The translations under genes were made by a program, and so were the position numbers. This document shows positions 42,655 to 47,147 of a DNA stretch of 47,147 nucleotides, in pieces. Source of the stretch: Myxococcota bacterium (lineage in GTDB: Bacteria; Myxococcota; JACRCW01). Position 1 is the first letter of the stretch; the number at the start of each line of letters is the position of its first letter. The notes below the pieces were generated by a model that did no database searches, had not been told where the DNA came from, and worked only from the letters and a program-made list of their open reading frames with translations. Where the stretch lies: the NCBI GenBank assembly GCA_040752415.1, contig JBFMGU010000056.1, positions 1 through 47,147 on the forward strand. The letters run 5' to 3'.

Positions 42655-44745
42655 TCAGTCGACGTACGGCCGGGCCTGCTTCACCACCAGCTTTCCGTCC
42701 TTGCCAATCTTGAACTCGATGTCCATGGCAAAGGACTTGTCCTGTTCCTTGCCGTACACGCGCTGGAAGTGCGCCTGGATGCGCTCCATCACCGACGTCA
42801 ATTCCCGCGCCTGCGCCTCGGTGAGGATGGTCTTGCCCTGCTCCACCTGGTTCGAGTGCTTCACGTACTGCGTCTCGAACTCGCCGTGGGGGCCAATGGC
42901 GGAGATGAGGAACTCGTCGGGCGTGGCGCCGCCTTCCGGGTTGGTGACCAGCTCCTCGCCCACCTGGACGTTGACGTAGAAGCCCTTCCAGTTGGGGTCG
43001 TAGATGTTCTTGGTGACCGCCACGCCGTTGGCCGTCTCGTCGTCAAAGTTGGGGTGCACCAGGACGCCCATGGCCGCGGTGAGGTGATCCACGCGGTAGA
43101 ACTCACGCTCCTCGTACGCGCGGTAGTTCCACAGGCTGGACCACACCTGCTTGATGGTGTTCTCCAGCGCGCCCTCGTCGGGGCGGTGCGTGTACGAGTC
43201 GTAGAGGCCCGCGCCATTGAACCCCTCGAGATCCTCGTTGTTCGTCGAGGAGCGACAGCGCAGCGGCTGGTCCGCGGGGAACTCGGCCTGCTTGGCCTTC
43301 AGCATCGCGGAGATGTCGGGCGGAACCTCGGCGCGGCGGATCTTCCGACGGAAAGCCGTCAGCATCTCCTCGCGCACGGCCGGGTCCTCCTTGAAGCGCG
43401 GGTCGGCCATCATGCGCGTGGCCTCGTCGTAGAGACCGTTGTGCTTCATGAAGCTGTCGTAGAAGTGGAAGGGCACCGCAAAGCCGTTGGGCACCATGCC
43501 CGGCGGGAGGATGCGCCGCAGCTCCGCCACATTGGCCGCCTTGGCTCCCACCGACGACAAGTCCTTGTGCGCCAGGTCCTCCAGGGTCACCAGCTTCTTC
43601 ACGTTGAGATTGCGCGGGAGCTTGGTGGTCTGCTGCGGACGCACCTTCTCCAGCCACGCGTCGGCTTGCGCCTTGGTGGCCTCTTCGATGGTGAACCCGT
43701 CGGGGGTGACCTTGTAGTGGACCAGCTTGCCCAGGAACGGGGCGATGCGCGGGTCGTTGGCGGCGTCCTTGATGTACGCGTTGGGCGTGTCGTTCTGCTT
43801 GGCCTTGAGGTTGATGTGGCTGAGCGGCGTCTGCGGCGCCTCGGTGATGATTCCCCCGACGTGGGAGAGATCGTTGGGCGTGTTCTTGAAGATCACCACG
43901 TCGCGCACGCTGGGGGGACGCTCACTGGGATTGGCGGGATCCACCACGCGCAGCACGCCGTAGCCTTCCCCCATGTTCATGGCGCTGTAGTTGACGCCTT
44001 TGAACAGCGCTTCCGTCGTCACCGTCTTCACGCGCAGGCGGCTCAGCTGGCTCTTCTCCTGGTTGGCCAGCGCCTGCTGGGTTTCGCCCGCGGGGTGGTA
44101 CGCCAGGTTCTTCGCCGCGAAGGGCATGGCCTTCTTGATGGCCTTGAAGGCAATGGCGACGTGCCGCGCCTTGACGGGGTCGGTGGGCCAGAACTCCATG
44201 GTGTAGAGGCCCTTCTGGCCGCGCGGTCCCTCGAAGTTGTCGCGCGCGATGATGGAGCCCGCCAGGTTCTTGCGGTGGTCGGTGAAGTACGTCTGCGCGT
44301 TGAACTCCTCGAGCGTGATGGGCTTCCCCAGCCCGCCCGTCATGAAGTCCCAGTGGTAGACGATGTTGTTGGTGTTGATGAAGTAGACCTGCGGGTTCGG
44401 CCCGTCGACACCCGTCATCAGGAACTTCACCTCGCGCGCGCCCAGCTGCCCGGGGACGTCGTCACGACGTGCGAGCTTCTCGAACGTGGCGCGGTCCGGG
44501 ATGGCGGTGGCGCCCTTGCTCATGGGCAGGCTGCGACCCGTGGTCACGCGCGCCACGGTGGACGTTCCCGTCGTGTGCGCGGCCGGACGCAGGTCCTCCG
44601 CCGCGGTGGTGGAACGCGAGAATGACGTCGAGGACGGTGCCTGCTCAGCGGCGGGCTTCTGCGTATTGCGCAACGCCACCTGCGTTGCCACCGGGCTCTG
44701 CGGCGTCTGCACCGACTGCGGCCTTCCCTGCTCACGAATGCGCAC
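42655..44745 (-). CDS. Dikinase-like protein: unknown N-domain, phospho-His swivel domain, C-terminal ATP-grasp (PPDK_N) domain
   Basis: GIITEAPQTPLSHINLKAK; VGAKAAN; VPNGFAVP; RSSTNNEDLEGFNGAGLYDS; KQVWSSL; DIEF...KQARP. GGAGGT RBS and GTG at 44745. Confidence 0.82.
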   Translation of the reverse strand: MRIREQGRPQSVQTPQSPVATQVALRNTQKPAAEQAPSSTSFSRSTTAAEDLRPAAHTTGTSTVARVTTGRSLPMSKGATAIPDRATFEKLARRDDVPGQLGAREVKFLMTGVDGPNPQVYFINTNNIVYHWDFMTGGLGKPITLEEFNAQTYFTDHRKNLAGSIIARDNFEGPRGQKGLYTMEFWPTDPVKARHVAIAFKAIKKAMPFAAKNLAYHPAGETQQALANQEKSQLSRLRVKTVTTEALFKGVNYSAMNMGEGYGVLRVVDPANPSERPPSVRDVVIFKNTPNDLSHVGGIITEAPQTPLSHINLKAKQNDTPNAYIKDAANDPRIAPFLGKLVHYKVTPDGFTIEEATKAQADAWLEKVRPQQTTKLPRNLNVKKLVTLEDLAHKDLSSVGAKAANVAELRRILPPGMVPNGFAVPFHFYDSFMKHNGLYDEATRMMADPRFKEDPAVREEMLTAFRRKIRRAEVPPDISAMLKAKQAEFPADQPLRCRSSTNNEDLEGFNGAGLYDSYTHRPDEGALENTIKQVWSSLWNYRAYEEREFYRVDHLTAAMGVLVHPNFDDETANGVAVTKNIYDPNWKGFYVNVQVGEELVTNPEGGATPDEFLISAIGPHGEFETQYVKHSNQVEQGKTILTEAQARELTSVMERIQAHFQRVYGKEQDKSFAMDIEFKIGKDGKLVVKQARPYVD

Positions 44746-44941
44746 GACCCACCTCCATTCCTGACGTGTGGCGCGCGACGATTCCACGCGCTTCCCACCC
44801 CATCAATGCGCCGCCGCCGCTCCACGACCGTGCCCGCGGGGTTTCCCGGATCTGCACGCCCGTTCACCGACGGAGTGACGGTTTGTCCCGCAGAATCAAC
44901 CGCTTGCGGGATCCCATTGACATGTGCGCGCAGGTAGTCCA

Positions 44942-44970
44942 GAAACAGAACCCGAATCTGGTTCGGTTTC
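44942..44970. promoter_or_regulatory. Palindromic operator candidate for the adjacent TetR regulator
   Basis: GAAACAGAACC-cgaatct-GGTTCGGTTTC (10 of 11 arm match), 12 nt before the tetR ATG. Confidence 0.55.
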
Positions 44971-44982
44971 AGGGAGTGCGCG

Positions 44983-45630
44983 ATGGTGGCAGTGGCGCGG
45001 GACAGCAAGTTGAAGGTGCGGGCGCCTTCTCAGCAGCGCGGAACGGAGACCATGGAGGCGTTGCGCAAGGCGGCGCAGCAAGCGCTGCGGACGCGGGACT
45101 TCTCGCGCGTGAGCGTGTCGGAGCTGGCCAAGGCGGCGGGCGTGGGCGTGGGGACGTTCTACCACTTCTATCCGAGCAAGGAGTCGCTGCTCCTGGACCT
45201 GCGGCAGCAGCTCTTCGAGCGTTCCGCGGAGACCCTGGCGCAGGCCTTCCAGAGCCCCATTGCCGACGGACAAGGCCTCAAGGCCGCCCTGCACTCGTTG
45301 ATCAAGGGTTGGATCCGGATCAGCGTGGAGCAGCGCGGGTTGGAGCGGGCCATTGCGGCATTGAGCTTTGAGAGTGAGCCCTTTGCGCGGGCACTGCGGG
45401 AGCAGGAGGAGCGGATCACGGAGATGGTGCAGGGACTCCTGGAGGCCCACGCCTCGACGCTGCGCCCGCTGGATCCCGCCCCTGCCGCGCGCGCGTTGGT
45501 GATCCTGGTTGATGCGCTGGTGGCGCGCGCCATGCGTGAGCCCGAGCTCGCGGAGAACCACGACGCCGTGGTGCACGAGGTGGCCCGCATGATCGGCCGC
45601 TACCTGCTGCCCCCGTCGGGCGAGCGCTGA
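44983..45630 (+). CDS. TetR/AcrR-family transcriptional regulator
   Basis: SVSELAKAAGVGVGTFYHFYPSKESLL HTH. Confidence 0.93.
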   Translation: MVAVARDSKLKVRAPSQQRGTETMEALRKAAQQALRTRDFSRVSVSELAKAAGVGVGTFYHFYPSKESLLLDLRQQLFERSAETLAQAFQSPIADGQGLKAALHSLIKGWIRISVEQRGLERAIAALSFESEPFARALREQEERITEMVQGLLEAHASTLRPLDPAPAARALVILVDALVARAMREPELAENHDAVVHEVARMIGRYLLPPSGER

Positions 45631-45663
45631 CTCTTGTTTCGTATGTCGTGGGGGTTGAGCACC

Positions 45664-46905
45664 ATGCACAAGCCTTCGTGGAAGCACCTGCTGATGGTGG
45701 TGGCGTTGAACGCGTGCGGTGAGACCACGTCGCCGCCAGCGTCGGTCTCGTCGGAGGATGCCGGTGGAGCAAGCGCTACCGTCGACGGCGGCGTCATCCA
45801 CACCGAGGAGCGGGACGCGGGTGACGCGCGTGATGCGTCGGAGCAGGAGCGCGACGCGGCGGTGGCATGGGACGCGTCGCTGGTGGATGCCGCGGTGACG
45901 GAACGGCCCGACGCGGCGGTGCGCGCGGACGCCGGCACTCCCGACGCCACGCAGCCATCGACGGACGCAGGAGCACTTCCGCTGGCCCAGCGTTGCTTCG
46001 CGGACATCGCGCGGGACCCGAGCGAGCCCGGCCCCGACTACGACCAGTTCAACCCCGTCATCGGCAGCCACTGCAACGGGACGAACCACCAGGACATCCA
46101 GGGCGTGGAGCGCGTGGTGTTCCTCGGTGACAGCGTCACGGTGGGCACGCCTCCCACGGCCAGCGGCGACTACTACCGCGCGCGCCTCGCCGACATGTTG
46201 GCGGAGCGGTTCAACCTGGACGCGCCCAGCGCGGCGTGGAAGATGTCCAATCCGCTCTCGGGTGTGTCGGGGGTGATGTTCAGCGGGGATTTCGCGTCGT
46301 GCGCCAAGTGGGGCGCGCGCACCGACGATCTCTTCCGCGACAACTCCCAGATCGCCGACTGTTTCCCGACGGAGGAGCGCAACAAGAAGACGCTGGTGGT
46401 CTTCACCATTGGCGGCAATGACATTGCGGCGCTGACCAAGGACCACGCGCACAGCCCGTACAACGAGGCCTACGCCGACGTGCAGGAGTTCGTGTCGCTG
46501 ATGCGCGACGCAGTGACGGCGTTGAAGGACCCGGCGCAGTTCCCCGGCGGCGTCTATGTGATGTTCGGGAACATGTTCGAGTTCACCGACGGCACGGGCG
46601 ACGTGGGCTCGTGTCCGGCGGCGAGCGCGGCGGGCTTCACCGAGCCGTGGGACCACCCGGAGGACCTGGCTTCCCTCGTCATCTGGGCCAATGAGCAGTT
46701 CCTGAAGATGGCGGTGGATACCGGCTCCGACATGATCTTCATGCTGGAGCACTTCTGCGGCCACGGCTTCAACAACGAGGACCCGGAGAACCGCTGCTAC
46801 CGCGGCCCCAACACGCCGCGCTGGTTCGACCTCACCTGCATCCACCCCAATCCCGACGGGCACGATCAGATTGCCAACATGTTCATGAGCCTGGTGACGG
46901 AGTAG
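45664..46905 (+). CDS. SGNH/GDSL hydrolase lipoprotein
   Basis: Lipobox LNA-C; DAG-rich linker; FLGDSV, TIGGND, CIHPN. Confidence 0.85.
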   Translation: MHKPSWKHLLMVVALNACGETTSPPASVSSEDAGGASATVDGGVIHTEERDAGDARDASEQERDAAVAWDASLVDAAVTERPDAAVRADAGTPDATQPSTDAGALPLAQRCFADIARDPSEPGPDYDQFNPVIGSHCNGTNHQDIQGVERVVFLGDSVTVGTPPTASGDYYRARLADMLAERFNLDAPSAAWKMSNPLSGVSGVMFSGDFASCAKWGARTDDLFRDNSQIADCFPTEERNKKTLVVFTIGGNDIAALTKDHAHSPYNEAYADVQEFVSLMRDAVTALKDPAQFPGGVYVMFGNMFEFTDGTGDVGSCPAASAAGFTEPWDHPEDLASLVIWANEQFLKMAVDTGSDMIFMLEHFCGHGFNNEDPENRCYRGPNTPRWFDLTCIHPNPDGHDQIANMFMSLVTE

Positions 46906-46971
46906 CGCCGTCGCGTCGTCCCAAAGGCGTGGCGAGGGCGGACGGCGGGCGGGCCCCCCCCCTCGCGACCT

Positions 46972-47015
46972 CACGTCACGATTATCGCTACATTTGTCAT
47001 GATTATCGTGACATG
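46972..47015. promoter_or_regulatory. AT-rich palindrome, probable regulator binding site
   Basis: CACGTCACGATTATC-N14-GATTATCGTGACATG; GATTATCG occurs twice. Confidence 0.45.
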
Positions 47016-47147
47016 CCGCGTGGAGAAGAGGGCCGCCCCGGCGTGTCCGACGAGCGTGTTGACAACGCACCCTCCGGCCACGCCCCAACCCCACGCCTTT
47101 TGGTGCAATCGTTCAACGCCGCGTGGACGTTGCCACCTCACCGACGA

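Overview
High-GC window from a myxobacterium (Myxococcota). The assignment rests on a MYXO-CTERM tail, an MXAN_5187-type C-terminal domain, a TIGR02266-type PilZ protein, a CorE-like sigma factor and PEGA/Ser-Thr kinase genes. Core blocks are zapA-6S RNA-ygfA-rny, thiO, tolB, lysC, tolQRA and greA. Accessory blocks are: kinase/PEGA/TPR/PilZ/Kelch signalling genes; a redox cluster (permuted TrxR-like flavoprotein fused to a NapH-like membrane ferredoxin, VKOR-DsbA, Cys-rich OmpA protein, TlpA, and a degenerate class II aldolase); a copper module (Csp-like, DUF305, CorE-like ECF sigma, CopZ) with two exact copies of an ECF promoter motif; and exported hydrolases, including an LPMO-like protein. 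A dikinase with glucan-water-dikinase-like domain order is also present. The most striking unexplained DNA is three intergenic regions made of long nested inverted repeats, the largest about 600 bp with a perfect 74-bp stem just downstream of rny. All family calls are from motif recognition by eye; no database search was run.
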